Below are positions 36,432 through 37,099 of a stretch of 37,099 nt of DNA, piece by piece. The position numbers and the translations under genes are program-made. The notes beneath the pieces were generated by a model. That model had not been told where the DNA came from. It was given only the letters and a program-made list of their open reading frames with translations, and did not search any database. The stretch covers positions 1 to 37,099 of the IMG/VR virus record IMGVR_UViG_3300030095_001031; one strand, given 5' to 3'. The stretch is from a virus. Its lineage: Duplodnaviria; Caudoviricetes. Each line of letters opens with the position of its first letter. Positions within the stretch are counted from its first letter, which is position 1.

Positions 36432-37099
36432 TGGCATACACAAGTTTAAAATTTAGACCAGGGATTATATCAGATATCACCTCGTATAGCAGTGAAGGTG
36501 GTTACATTGACGGTGATAAAATAAGATTTCGTAATGGTTTCCCAGAAAAGTTTGGGGGTTGGGTAAAACATAACAATAATACTTATCTTGGCTCTGCTAG
36601 AAGACTACACAACTGGGTTGCCTTAGATAGTTCTGATTTGTTAGGTATAGGAACTCATCTTAAATATTATATTGAAGAAGGCGGACAATTTAATGACATC
36701 ACTCCAGACAGAGTTGCAACAAGTGCGGGAGATGTAACTTTTGCCGCAACAAATGGTTCAACAACTCTCACTGTTACAGACACGGCACATGGAGCAAATG
36801 TCAACGACTTTGTTACTTTTTCTGGAGCAGTCAGTTTAGGCGGTTTAATAACAGCTACTGTTTTAAATATAGAATATCAAATTACATCTATCATAAGTTC
36901 AAACACCTACACGGTTACGTCTAGTGTTGCAGCGAATAGTTCTGACACTGGGAATGGTGGAGGAAGCATTGTAGGGACTTATCAAATAAACACAGGTACG
37001 GATGCCACGGTTGGTGGTACGGGTTGGGGTGCGGGTCAATGGAGTGGCACGACTGACGGAGCGTTAGCCACTCAACTTAATGAAGCCTTAGATGCAAGT
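36431..37099 (+). CDS. Tail nozzle/stabilisation-like protein, truncated by the window end (not in ORF track)
   Basis: TAATG coupling; MAYTSLKFRPGIISDITSYSSEGGYIDGDKIRFRNGFPEKFGGW... open to the end of the window. Confidence 0.75.
   Translation, partial: MAYTSLKFRPGIISDITSYSSEGGYIDGDKIRFRNGFPEKFGGWVKHNNNTYLGSARRLHNWVALDSSDLLGIGTHLKYYIEEGGQFNDITPDRVATSAGDVTFAATNGSTTLTVTDTAHGANVNDFVTFSGAVSLGGLITATVLNIEYQITSIISSNTYTVTSSVAANSSDTGNGGGSIVGTYQINTGTDATVGGTGWGAGQWSGTTDGALATQLNEALDAS

Noticed and set aside
1-37099. Prophage in a host chromosome, or a recoded genetic code
   Set aside because: No integrase or host genes are visible, and genes are full-length and tightly packed under the standard code with TAA, TAG and TGA all used as stops.

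Overview
AT-rich DNA from a marine-type podovirus: a T7-like/BPP-1-like virion module with no polymerase, resembling the HTVC010P-type phage architecture (family assignment is inference). Positions 1-77 recur exactly at 32102-32178, in frame within the tail-fibre gene, so 1-32101 closes into an apparently complete ~32.1-kb genome. Minus-strand early arm (3555-9879): YqaJ-type exonuclease, ERF recombinase, SSB, DnaT-like and helicase-loader-like proteins, Holliday junction resolvase, HTH, DUF932. Plus-strand late arm: terS, basic mini-proteins, terL, portal, scaffold, capsid, tail tubes, internal virion proteins, tail fibre, lysis cassette. Bases 32179-37099 carry an alternative fibre tip, a chaperone and a second set of tail genes with a different oligonucleotide signature, so they are either another phage joined by assembly or a real cointegrate. 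The most striking unexplained element is a ~340-nt nested fold-back (9852-10194) at the early/late divergence. Its wobble pairs are all G-T on the + strand, and it covers the RBS and start of the first early gene. A strong strand-symmetric pentamer avoidance separates native from foreign DNA. All product calls come from motif recognition by eye, not from database searches.
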